Made by a program: the position numbers and the translations under genes. Positions 23,281 through 33,524 of a stretch of DNA of 64,000 bases are shown here, one piece after another (positions within the stretch are counted from its first letter, which is position 1; each line of letters starts with the position of its first letter). This DNA comes from an uncultured Chloroflexia bacterium (GTDB lineage: Bacteria; Chloroflexota; Limnocylindria; Limnocylindrales; CSP1-4): assembly GCA_963779905.1 (NCBI GenBank), contig CAWAAF010000010.1, positions 343,423-407,422 on the forward strand. Reading direction: 5' to 3'. The notes below the pieces were generated by a model that saw only the letters and a program-made list of their open reading frames with translations, searched no databases and had not been told where the DNA came from.

Positions 23281-24219
23281 CGTGGCCAAGGCACAGACAA
23301 CAAAGGACAAGGCAAAGGCGGCCGCTGAGGCCGGCGCCGAAGACATGGTGGCCGGTGCCGGCCTGATCGATGAAGCCGGCGGCGCCGCGCGCAAGACGGT
23401 CGGGCTGGCCGCGCAGGGCGCTGCGGACGTCACTCGCGGCGAGGACCAGCTGCGCGCCGCTGACGCCTACGGCACGCTCAGCGACGTCGCTGCCGTGAAG
23501 GGCCTGGTCGATACGGCCGAGGGCGCGGAAGTCCTCGAGGCTGCCGAGGAGGCGGCCGCCGTCAGCACGCTGATGGCCGCCGTCAGCGCGGAGAACATCG
23601 ACCGTGGCATGGTCCTCGCCTCGCTGTCCGGCCAGATCAGGGTGGCCAGCGACGTGGTCGACCTGATGGGCATGCCCGTCCTGGCCGAGTTCCTGGGCGT
23701 CAAGGGCCGGCAGCTGCGCGGGCTCGCCGTCAACGAGATCGGTCGGGCGATGGCCTCGGCTGCCCTGTCCGAGGGCATGGAAGCGATGAGCGACCGGCTG
23801 GCCGCGCTGGGCATGACCGAGGTCGCCGAGGGACTGCAGCGAGCTCGACACATCCGACGCACTGCTCGATGCCCGCGATGACGCCGCCGACGCCGGCATG
23901 CGCAACGCCGCCGCCGGCGTCGCCGAGCTGTCCGCCGCGCAGGCCGAGGCGGAGTGCGACCCGACAGCTGGCCGGTGCGGGCGTGGTGATGGTCGCCCAG
24001 GGCTCCGAAGAGATCGGGGCCGCCGAGGGCCTGGAGGCCGCCGAAGCAGCGAAGCCGAAGCGCTCGACGCGCAAGCCTGCCGCGGCAAGGCAAGTGCCAC
24101 GCCGCAAGGCAAGGCCAGCGCAAGCAAGGCCGCCGGCAGTCGAAGTCGCCAGCAAAGCGCAGACCGGCAAGCGCGCAGAGCGGCAAGGGCAGGGCGGCCA
24201 AGACGTCGTAAGGTCGTAG
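23281..24219 (+). CDS. alanine-rich, predicted all-helical hypothetical protein with Lys/Arg/Pro-rich basic C-terminal tail (2 frameshifts)
   Basis: GTG start 'MAKAQTTKDKAKAAAEAGAEDMVAGAG...'. Repetitive amphipathic Ala/Glu/Val-rich segments. The tail is 'KPKRSTRKPAAARQVPRRKARPAQARPP...KAQTGKRAERQGQGGQ'. No recognisable enzymatic motif. Confidence 0.35.
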
Positions 24220-24234
24220 CCGAGGGCACAGCTG

Positions 24235-25955
24235 ATGGGCGCCGCGCCGCAGCGCCAACCGCCACTCGCCGCTGAGCGGCGTCCTGCCGATCCTCGATTG
24301 GCTGCCGCGCTACGACCGATCCTGGCTGCGCAGCGACATCATCGCCGGCATCGCCGTGACGGCGATGATCGTGCCCAAGAACCTCGGCTACGCCGAAATC
24401 GCCGGCGTGCCCGTCCAGAACGGGCTGTACGCGGCAGCGGCCGGCGCACTGATCTACGCGCTGTTCTGCACGTCGCGTCACATCTCGACCGGGCCGAGCT
24501 CGTCGCTGGCCGCGGTGGCCGGCGGCGCCGTGCTGGTCACCGGCCTTGCCGGCGCGGATGCCGCGCAGCTCGTAGCCGCAATAACGCTCGTCACTGGCGC
24601 GCTGTTCGTGCTGATGGCCGTCCTGCGGCTGGGCTGGATCTCGCGCTTCCTCTCGCGGGCGGTGGTCACCGGCTTCCTGGCCGGGGCGGCAATCGATGTG
24701 GTCATTGGTGAACTACCCAAGCTGACCGGAACGTCCGCCGACGGGAGCAACGCGTTCACCGAGGCGGCCTCTTGGTTCGCCGGACTGAACGAGACGCACG
24801 TGGCGACGCTCGTTGTCGGGCTCGTCGCGCTGGCCGCGATCCTGGCGCTGCGGTTTCGCGGCGCCACGCGTGCCGGGCGCTCTGGTGCTGGTCGTCGGCG
24901 GTCTGGTCGCGTCACGCTTGTTCGATCTCGGCGCAGGCGGCGTCGCGTTGGTCGGCCCGGTGCCGAGCGGCCTGCCGCTGCCTCAGGTGCCCTCGCTCGA
25001 GCTGACGCTGCGCCATCTGCCGGAGGTATCGATCGCGGCTTTCGCGCTGCTGCTGATCGGCTTCTCGCAGACTGCCGGCGACGCGCGGACGTTCGCGACC
25101 CGCCATCGCTACCGCATCGACGTCAACCAGGAGGCGACCGCCCAAGGGATGGCCAACCTCGGCGCCGGCTTCTTCCAGGGCATGCCCGTATCGACCAGCC
25201 TGTCGGCGAGCTCGCTCAACGAGTCGGCCGGCGCGCGGTCGCCGCTGGCGTCGATCACGACCGGCCTGCTGGTCGTTGCCACGCTGATTTTCCTGGCGCC
25301 ACTCTTCGCCGATCTGCCGAAGGCGGTGCTGGCGGCGATCATCATCGACGCCGTCGTCTTCGGCATGATCGACGTGCGTGAGTTGCGCCGGTTGGCGCGC
25401 GTGAAGCCGGCCGACTTCGCCATTGCCATCGTCGCCGTACTGGGCGTGCTGAGCGTCGGTGTCCTGTTCGGCGTAGTCATCGGCATCGGCCTATCGCTGA
25501 TCTGGCTGATCGCGGTGGTGACACGCCCGAGCATGCCGGTCCTGGGCAAACAGGAAGGCACGCAAGTGTTCCGCGACCTCGAATCCCACCCAGAGGACGA
25601 GACCTTTCCCGGCATCGTCGTGCTGCGCATGGACGGCGGCCTGTTCTTCGCCACCGCCGAAGCGCTCGACGAACGAATTCGCGGCCTGGCCGCAGGACGA
25701 CCCGTCGATTCAGACGCTCGTGCTCGACCTCGAAGGAGTCGACCTGATCGATTCCCAAGGCGCGGCCAAGGTGACCGAGATCGAGGAGCTCGCCCGTAGC
25801 CGAGGCGTAAGCCTGCGCCTGGCGCGGGTCAAACCCGGCGTCACGAGGAGTGCTCGAGGCCGAGGGCGTGATCGCGCAGCGTGGGCAGCGACCACGTCCA
25901 CGGCAACATCTTCCGCGCGGTTGACGCAGCGCTCGCGGAACGGGTCGCCGACTAG
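24235..25955 (+). CDS. SulP family anion (sulfate/bicarbonate) transporter with C-terminal STAS domain; 4 or more frameshifts
   Basis: 'LPILDWLPRYDRSWLRSDIIAGIAVTAMIVPKNLGYAEIAGVPVQNGLYAAAAGALIYALF...GPSSSLAAV', later 'FFQGMPVSTSLSASSLNESAGARSPLASI', then STAS 'GIVVLRMDGGLFFATAEAL...LDLEGVDLIDSQGAAKVTEIEEL'. The stop codon shares a CTAG with the cphA stop. Confidence 0.75.
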
Positions 25956-28726
25956 CCCTCTTCGGCCTCCAGCTCGCCGGGGTCGGCGATGGCCACGCCG
26001 CCGCGCGCCTTTCGGGCGCCGATCGCTTCGCGGTAGACACGCTGCCGCGTCGTCGACGCACATAACGACCAGGTCGCCGGGTTTGGCCATGGCGAGCGCC
26101 ATCCGTGCCGCGCCCAGCTCGTCGAGGACCGCCTCGGCCTTCGCGGTGCGCGCGCCTTCGCGCTGGCCCTTCTCTGACGCCGTTCAGCACGTTGGCCGCC
26201 GACTCGCCCGCCGGCCGGCCACGCAGGTTGGCGTCCTCGCGCACGAGGATGGTGTCGAACGCCTGGGCCGCCAGCCGGCCGTACTCGCGCTGGTCTTCGT
26301 CGCGCCGGTCGCCGGGAATACCGATGACGCCGATCGTCCGGCCGTCTGCCATCGCCGGCATATGCCTCAACGAACTCGGCCAGCCGGCGCATGCCGTCGA
26401 CGTTGTGGCAGTAGTCGAGGATGAGCTTGAAGCCGTTGAGCTCGACCTCGTTCAGCCGGCCGGGCGCCTGGAAGAAGGACGTCGTGAAGGTGCGCAGGCC
26501 CTGGCGGATGTCGTGCAGGTGGGCGCCCGCCGCCCAGGCAGCGGCGGCCGCGGCGAGCGCGTTGGCCACGTTCATGCGTGCCCGTCCCCCGAACGTGGCC
26601 GGGATGAGGTGCGTGTAGAGCAGCGGCAGGGTGCGCGTGGCGTGGCGCAGCACCATCAGCTCGCCCTCGTCCGTCTGCTGCAGGACCAGTGCCGCTCCGC
26701 CGCGTCCGCAGTGGCCATCGACGCGGTCGTAGCCCTCCTCGCCGGCCTTGGTCTGCATCGAGAAGTAGACGACGTGGCCGCGGCTCTGGCGGGCCATCTT
26801 GGCGACCAGCGGGTCGTCGGCGTTGAGGACGGCCGTGCCTGCAGCGCGGCACCGCATCGACCAGTACGGACTTGACGGCGGCCAGCTGGCTCGACCGTGT
26901 CGATGCCGTGCAGGCCAAGGTGGTCGCCGGTGACGTTGGTCACGACGGCGATGTCGTTGCGGTCGTAGCCCAGGCCCTCGCGCAGGATGCCGCCGCGGGC
27001 GACCTCGAACACGCACGTGTCGACCGACGGGTTCTGCAGCACCATCCGCGCCGAGCGCGGCCCGCTCATGTCGCCCTTCCGGATCAGCCGGCCGTCGACG
27101 ACGATGCCGTCCGTCGTGGTCATGCCCACGCGCTTACCCATCAGCTTGAGGATGTGACCGATCATCCGGACGGTCGTCGTCTTGCCGTTCGTGCCGGTCA
27201 CCGCCACGATCGGAATGCGCGCGTTGGAGCCCTGTGGAAAGAGCATGTCCAGGACGGGCTTGGCGACGTATTGCGGCTCGCCTTCGGTCGGGTTGGTGTG
27301 CATGCGGAAGCCGGGTGCGGCGTTGACCTCGACGATCGCGCCGCCCTTCTCGCGGACAGGCGTGGCGATGTCGGGCGTGATGAAGTCGATGCCGGCGACG
27401 TCCAGGCCGACGACGCGCGCCGCCGTCTCTGCGATCTCGACGTTGTCCGGGTGCGCCTCGTGCGGTGCGGTCGATGGCCGTGCCGCCGGTCGACATGTTG
27501 CCGGTCAGTGCCAGCTGGACGCGCGTGCCCTTGGGCGGGACGTCGTCCGGCCCGAAGCCCTGCTTGGCGGCCAGCTCGAGGGCGATGTCGTTCAGCGCGA
27601 TGCGCGTCAAGCACCTTCTCGTGGCCGATGCCACGGCGCGGGTCGGCGTTCTCGATGTCGACCAGCTGGCGCAGCGTGTGGTCACCGTCGGCGTTGACGC
27701 CGGCCGGCACGCGCTGGGCGACGGCGGCCATCTTGCCGTCGACGACCAGCACGCGGTAGTCGTTGCCGTGGACGTAGGTCTCGACGACCAGGTCGCCGTT
27801 GCGGCTCTGAGCGCGGGCGAGCGGCACGGCGCGCCGGACGTCGTCGTCTGTGCGCAGGTCGAGGTTGACGCCGCGACCGTGGTTGCCATCGAGCGGCTTG
27901 ACCACGACCGGGAAGCCGAGCGTCTTGGCGGCGGCGACCGCCTCGTCTTCGCTGCGCACGCGTCTGCGAGCGCGGGACGGGCAGGCCGGCCGAGTTCAGC
28001 AGGTTGTTGGTCAGGCTCTTGTCGGACGCGATGTCGACTGCCAGCGCCGGCGTCTGCGAGGTCATCGTCGCCCGGATCCGGCGCTGGTGGATGCCCTGGC
28101 CGAGCTGGACAAGGCTGAAGCGGTCGAGTCGGATGAAGGGAATGTCGCGCGACAGGGCCTCGTCGATGAGGGCCTGCGTCGACGGCCCGAAGGCCTGCTT
28201 TTCGGCCAGCTTGATGAGGTCTTCGAGGGCACCGATGAAGTCGAGGTCGCCGGCTTCCGGCGCCACGAGGTGGTTGACCAGGGCGACCGCCAGCCGGCCG
28301 GCTTCCAGGCCGACCTGCTCCTCGCGGTACTCGTAGATGACGTTGTACTGGCCGGTCTTGCCCGCGCTGCGCGTCTTGCCGATGTGAACCTCGGTGCCGG
28401 CCAGGTCCTGCAGTTCGATGGCGATGTGCTCCGCGACGTGGCCCATCCACGTGCCTTCCTCGAGCCGCGTCACGAAGCCGCCGCGCCGGCCGAGCGAGCA
28501 GGCGTGATCTTCCAGGCCGGGCAGCAGCGCCAGCAGCGCGCGGTTGAAGTCCGGGAATGGTGTTCGACGGGAACTGCTCGAGCACGCCAAGGTCGACGAG
28601 CATGCGGATGACCGGCGTGCGCGACCAGAGGTTTGGCCCGCGCAGGACGCGCGTCTCGAGGATGCGCAGCGTGGGCTGCGGCGTGCCGCTGGCCGTCGCC
28701 TCGGCTGCCGGCGGCGCCTGTGTCAT
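25952..28726 (-). CDS. cphA: cyanophycin synthetase CphA (N-domain + ATP-grasp + Mur-ligase-like domain), at least 6 single-nt frameshifts
   Basis: Segments across three frames. N-terminus: 'MTQAPPAAEATASGTPQPTLRILETRVLRGPNLWSRTPVIRMLVDLGVLEQFPSNTIPGL'. N-domain: 'ALLPGLEDHACSLGRRGGFVTRLEEGTWMGHVAEHIAIELQDLAGTEVHIGKTR...YNVIYEY'. ATP-grasp: 'FPVVVKPLDGNHGRGVNLD...YVHGNDYRVLVVDGKMAAVAQRVPAGVNADGDHTLRQLVDIENADPRRGIGHEKVLD'. M-domain: 'IPIVAVTGTNGKTTTVRMIGHIL...FEVARGGILREGLGY...VLNADDPLVAKMA...NVANALAAAAAAWAAGA...APGRLNEVELNGFKLILDYCHN...TIGVIGIPGDRRDEDQ...'. Topology matches Synechocystis CphA, recalled from memory. Confidence 0.85.
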
Positions 28727-28740
28727 GTGAGTGGCTGGCC

Positions 28741-29575
28741 CTAGCTCGAGGCTTTGGCGATGTCGAGTGCGCGCAGGACCGGAGCGGCCACACGCTCGCG
28801 CCGGTCGAGGTCGAAGCGATAGCCCGACGGCAGCGAGTGCAGGATCACGTTGCTGATCATCAGTGGCTTGTGGGCACCGACTTCCCAGGCGTCGGTGTCG
28901 GATTGCGCGCCATCGATGACGGTGATGCTGCGCTTGCCGATGACTTCCATCACCCGGTCGGGCCCGACCACGCCGGCAGTGTCCTCGTCCACGCCGATGC
29001 CGAGCAGCGACGGGTTCTGGGCGATGATCGCCAGCAGCCGGCCGAGCCGGTTCCGCTGCTCGAAATGCTGGTCGATGATGACGCCGGGCAGGATGCCGAG
29101 CCCGGCCGCCATCTGGAACATGCGCTGCTTGGGCGTCGCGCCCGATGCGCCAAAGGCGACCATGTGCGTGCTCATGGCCGACGCGCCAGCGCTGGTGCCG
29201 GCGACGACGGCGCCCTCTTGCATGGCGCTGGACGACGGCCTGCGCCAGGGCTGTCCCGCCGAGGGTCGACGACAGGCGAAGCTGGTTGCCGCCGGTCATG
29301 AAGATGCCGGTTGCCTGTCGCACGAGTTGCGCGTGTTGCTTGTCGTTGGCCTGTGGCCTGGTCATGGCGTGAATGGGCATGACTTCGCGCGCACCGAGCT
29401 CACCAAAGATGCGGCGGTACATCTCGCCGGCCAGCGGGCCGAGCGAAGAAGCGGTGCTGATGACCGCGATTCGGGCATCCGGACCGCCGGCCAGTGCGAC
29501 GAATCGGTTCAGGATGACCTTCTCGCGCACCTTATCCTCGGCGCCGCCGATGATGATTACGTGGCCTTCGCTCAT
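28741..29575 (-). CDS. cphB: cyanophycinase CphB (peptidase S51), one frameshift near 29240
   Basis: 'MSEGHVIIIGGAEDKVREKVILNRFVALAGGPDARIAVISTAS...IFMTGGNQLRL' then, in a second frame, '...GAVVAGTSAGASAMS...IIDQHFEQRNRLGRLLAII' (GxSAGA active-site Ser). The TAG stop lies 15 nt upstream of the cphA ATG. Confidence 0.8.
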
Positions 29576-29666
29576 TAGCGGCCGAGTATAGGCCGTGATT
29601 GGGGGACGCCGACGTCACGGGAGGACAAGCTGGTCGCCGTAGCCGACGCACCGCTGCTGATTCATC

Positions 29667-30509
29667 TTGCGCGAGCCGCGCCGGTTGGCGGCGATTTTGC
29701 TGTTGTCGGTCTCGGTGGGACTGATCATCGCGTTCAACTACGCCCGGGCCGAAAACGCGGGCGCCGACGCAATCGCCTACTGGCAGGCGGTGCGCACCTG
29801 GCTGGCCGGCGGCGATCCGTATGTGACCGTCATCGACCCGACTCAGGCCAGCGGCCACATCCTGCCCTACGCCTATCCGCCGTGGACCCTTGTCGCTGTT
29901 CCTGCCCTGGGCGCTGTTGCCGTGGGACATCGCCTGGCTGGTCTGGCGCGCTGCCGGCGTCGTGCTCTTCGCGCTGGACGGTCAAGTGGGCCTACGAAAG
30001 GCGCCCGCTGGGCACGGCCGTGTCGATCGCGGTGCTTGGCCCGGCGCTGGTGGCCAACTTCGACTCGGGCAACATCAACATCTTCCTGACGCTGATGGTG
30101 TGGTGGGCGCAGTTCGTCGGCGATCGACTGGGCGGCGATGCTGTGGGCATTCGCAACGGCGCTCAAATGGCTGCCGGGCCTGTTGATCGTCGTTTTGCGA
30201 CCGCGCGCGCGGCTGTGGGGCCTGGCGTTCCTTGGCCTGTTCACGCTCTTCGCGCTGGCGACCTGGCCGCAGACCCTGCGCCAGTTGGAGATCGTCGCCT
30301 TCTACCCGCGCCCGCTCCGACTCGACTATTTCATCCTGGCCTGGGCGGCCGTGCCATGGCTCTATGCGCAGCCCTGGCCGACGTGGTGGCTCCAGCCAAA
30401 GGAGATCGCACGACATTGGCGTGAACGGCCGCCGTGGCGCGCATGGGTGCGCGGCTTCTTCGGTCTTGCGTCGGTGCCGTCAGCAAATCAGCGCTACGAC
30501 CTCAGGTAG
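29667..30509 (+). CDS. polytopic integral membrane protein, DUF2029/glycosyltransferase-87-like (4 or more frameshifts; true 5' end uncertain)
   Basis: Hydrophobic throughout. 'HILPYAYPPW' (Y-x-Y-P-P motif recalled from DUF2029/PimE-like mannosyltransferases), '...FDSGNINIFLTLMVWWAQF...', 'LKWLPGLLIVVL...'. Assignment is tentative. Confidence 0.4.
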
Positions 30510-31155
30510 GCCAGAACCGCCAACACGCGGCGGTTGTCCTGCGCCGCCGGCTCGAGACCGAGCTTGCCGAAGATTGCGCTGACGTGTCCTTCGACCGTCT
30601 TGGGGTCGAGCACCAGCTGGTCGGCGATGGCCTGGTTGGAGCGACCCTCCGCCATCAGGCCAAGAATCTCGCGCTCGCGCGGGGTCAGCTCATCGAGAGG
30701 CGAATGGGCTCGCGGGCGGCCCAGCAGGCGTGACACCACCTCTGGGTCAATGACCGACCCACCCGCCGCGACCCGCCTGACTGCATCGGCGAGATCGGCG
30801 ACCTTGGTCACGCGATCCTTCAACAGGTAACCGATGCCCGCCGGATCGTCGCGAAGGAGCTCGAGCGCATAGCGCGTCTCGACGTACTGCGATAGCACCA
30901 GGATGGCCGTACCCGGGTAGCGCAGACGAATCTGACGCGCCGCCTCGAGGCCCTCGGTGGTGTGAGTTGGCGGCATGCGCACGTCGACGATCGCGACGTC
31001 CGGCCGCTCGCGATCGATAAGCGTCAACAGCCCATCCGCATCGGCCGCCTGGCCAACCACGCTGAAGCCGGCGGCCGTCAGGGCGGAGGCGAGGGCCTCG
31101 CGCAACAGGATCGCGTCGTCGGCGATGGCAATGCGGATCGGCGTGGCGTTCAACG
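30494..31155 (-). CDS. NarL/LuxR family response regulator (REC + HTH_LuxR)
   Basis: 'IRIAIADDAILLREALASALTAAGFSVVGQAADADGLLTLIDRERPDVAIVDVRMPP...' and 'LTPREREILGLMAEGRSNQAIADQLVLDPKTVEGHVSAIFGKLG'. Intact. Non-ATG start likely. Confidence 0.85.
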
Positions 31156-31298
31156 GGTGGATCGTCGCACGAGCGGACCTGCGCCAGCAGCGGGTTTTCC
31201 CTTGCTTTTGCCCACCCGGGTTCCCGGGCCGGCTCGGCTGTCCGGGCGGCCAGCCAATCGAAGACTTACCTCCACCGACCAAACAGGAGGTAACCGAC

Positions 31299-31511
31299 AT
31301 GACCAGCTACCAGCAGACCCTGCCGCACTCCTCTCCCCTTCGGCTGGCGCCGATCGATCGCCGCTCGCTCTCGCGCGGACTGACCGTCACGCTTGCCGCC
31401 CTGATCGCCATGATCGTGCTCGCCGTCTCGATCGAGTTGACCATGGGTTACACGTCGTCCACTCCACCCGGCACGCCAGCGCCGCAGCCCGCGGCGGGCC
31501 TGGGCCTGTAA
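31299..31511 (+). CDS. small (70 aa) single-TM membrane protein of unknown function
   Basis: Shine-Dalgarno 'caggagg' 7 nt upstream of ATG. 'MTSYQQTLPHSSPLRLAPIDRRSLSRGLTVTLAALIAMIVLAVSIELTMGYT...'. Divergent from the response regulator. Confidence 0.5.
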   Translation: MTSYQQTLPHSSPLRLAPIDRRSLSRGLTVTLAALIAMIVLAVSIELTMGYTSSTPPGTPAPQPAAGLGL

Positions 31512-31534
31512 CAGCGGGTAACTCGACCTGTACG

Positions 31535-33524
31535 ATGCTGAGCAGCCAGATGACCGCGACGAGTGACGCGATCACGGTGGACGCACCGGACGCTGAAGAG
31601 GGAAGCCAGCGGGCGCCAGCCACGTTCGCCTGGCTGACGCTGCTCCTGGCGGCGTGGATCACGCTCGGCCTGCTGCTGGTCGCGACGGTCTACGCCAACC
31701 GCACGATCACCGACACCGTCGTCTCGATCTACCACGTCCCCTACTACCTGGGCGTGCTGGCGCTCGTCGGGCTGTGCCTGCTGCTGATCGTCCGGGCAAG
31801 GCGTGCCGGGCATGACTGGCGTGCCGCCTTCCCGCCGGGCTACCTCGGCCTGCCAGTCGGGGCCGTTCTGCTTGTGATCTGGCCCGTCGTCGAAATCGGC
31901 TGGCGCCAGGGCATCGGCATCTACCCCGACAGCATCGAGCAGGTCTTTGCGCCGAGCCGGCTGCTTGCCTTCGCCGGCGTCCTGCTGGTCGCCAGCGCGC
32001 CGCTCTATGCGGCGCTCAAGGCCGCCCCGACGCGCGCGGGCTGGCCGCCGGTGCTTTCGGCCACCCTCGTTCTGTCGGTGCTTGGCTTGATCGGTTTCGA
32101 ACCGGCCCAGAACGCGTGGCTGGAGGCGCCACTCAACAACGCCATCAGCCGTTCGGAAATCTGGGTGATGGATGCTGACGGCTCGCACCAGACCCAACTC
32201 ATTTCGCTCAAGGCCTTCGACCTTGGCAACGCGGTCTGGTCGCCCGATGGCACGCGCATTGCCTACACCATGGCGGCCACGCCCAAGCGTATCGGCGAGC
32301 TCGCGCCGAACGTCGCGATCTGGACGGCTAACGCGGACGGCTCGAACCAGCACGAGCTGATTGCCGGTGTTGGCTGGTACTGGCTGCCTCACTGGTCGTC
32401 CGATGGTGCGTGGATCCTGTTCACCCTCGATGGCCAGCATGGACCTGGATCGGGCGCGGGCATCCTGCCGCCTGCCGTTGGCTTTGGCCAGGGACCAGCC
32501 GCCGGCCAACCGCCGACGGTGACACCCAACGTCGACGTCTGGCGGATGCGCTCCGATGGCACCGGCGACGTCGAGCGCGTTACGACCGATCCGGCCGAGG
32601 ACCGCGCCGGCGTGTACTCGCCTGATGGCGCCAGCCTGCTCTTCGACAGCACGCGCGACGCGGGCCACACGGCGCTCTTCGTCGCACCAACCGGTTCCTC
32701 GGACGCGGTCCAGCTGACGACCATGGATGACGCGTGGGGTGGCTCATGGTCGCCCGACGGATCGCGCATCGCCTTCAATGGCGCGCCGTTCGGCAGTCGC
32801 CTCCGACATCTACGTGACCAACTTTCCAGTGAGCGGTCCGCCGCAACAACTGACCTTCGAATTCAGCAGCGACCGCGTTCCCAGCTGGTCGCCGGATGGC
32901 AGGCACATCGCCTTCGAAAGCGACCGCGAGAGCACCAGCGACATCTGGTCGATGGATGCCAGCGGCGCCAATCAGGTCAACCTGACCCGCACCGACGGCG
33001 CCGTCGAAGGACTGACCTCGGGCGGGCAGGCTTGGGGACCGGACGGCCGGATCCTCTACCAGCGCTCGCAGGACGAGCCGGCCGACGCCAGCACGCTCGT
33101 GCGCGAGAACCTGGGCGTGATGGGCACGCTGCTCGGGGCGCTGCTGCTCGCGTTCCTGGTGATGCTCGTGGTCAGCGTCGGCGCGCCGTTCGGCTCTGTC
33201 ACGGTGATCCTCGGCTTGTCGACGGCGGCAGCCGCGCTCGGCAGTGGAGAGTGGCGCTTCGTAGCCGCGGCGGTCATCGCCGGCCTCATCGTCGACGTGC
33301 TGATCCGGCTGGCCCCGGCGCAGCGCCGGTTGCTGGTCGGTACGGCCGCCGCCGCGGCGGCGTTCGTGCTCGCGGCGGGCGCGACCGTCCTGGCCACGAG
33401 CGTCATCGGTTGGTCGGTGACGTTGCTGCTGGGCGTGGCGATTGCCGGTGCCGCGCTGGGCGCGGGAATGGCCGCCTTGTTCGAGCAGACGCCGGCGACG
33501 GCGGATGGAGCCTCAGCCGATTGA
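31535..33524 (+). CDS. polytopic membrane protein with central periplasmic PD40/TolB-like WD40 beta-propeller domain (one frameshift near 32800)
   Basis: N-terminal about 5 TM helices. Repeated 'SPDG(T/A/S/R)xIA(F/Y)' PD40 signatures ('WSPDGTRIAYT','YSPDGASLLFDS','WSPDGSRIAFNG','WSPDGRHIAFESDR'). C-terminal 4-5 TM helices ('LGALLLAFLVMLVVSV...AAAVIAGLIVDVLI...AAFVLAAGATVLATSVIGWSVTLLLGVAIAG'). Confidence 0.6.

Noticed and set aside
27134-29575. 813-aa ORF on the minus strand
   Set aside because: Chimeric. It starts with the genuine cphB N-terminus, passes through an out-of-frame Arg-rich stretch (after the cphB frameshift), and then reads the cphA N-terminus. It was split into cphB and cphA.
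31156-31298. CCCGGGttCCCGGG tandem in the RR / small-protein intergenic region
   Set aside because: A short, GC-only self-complementary hexamer repeated once. Expected by chance at 70% GC. Not reported as a regulatory site.
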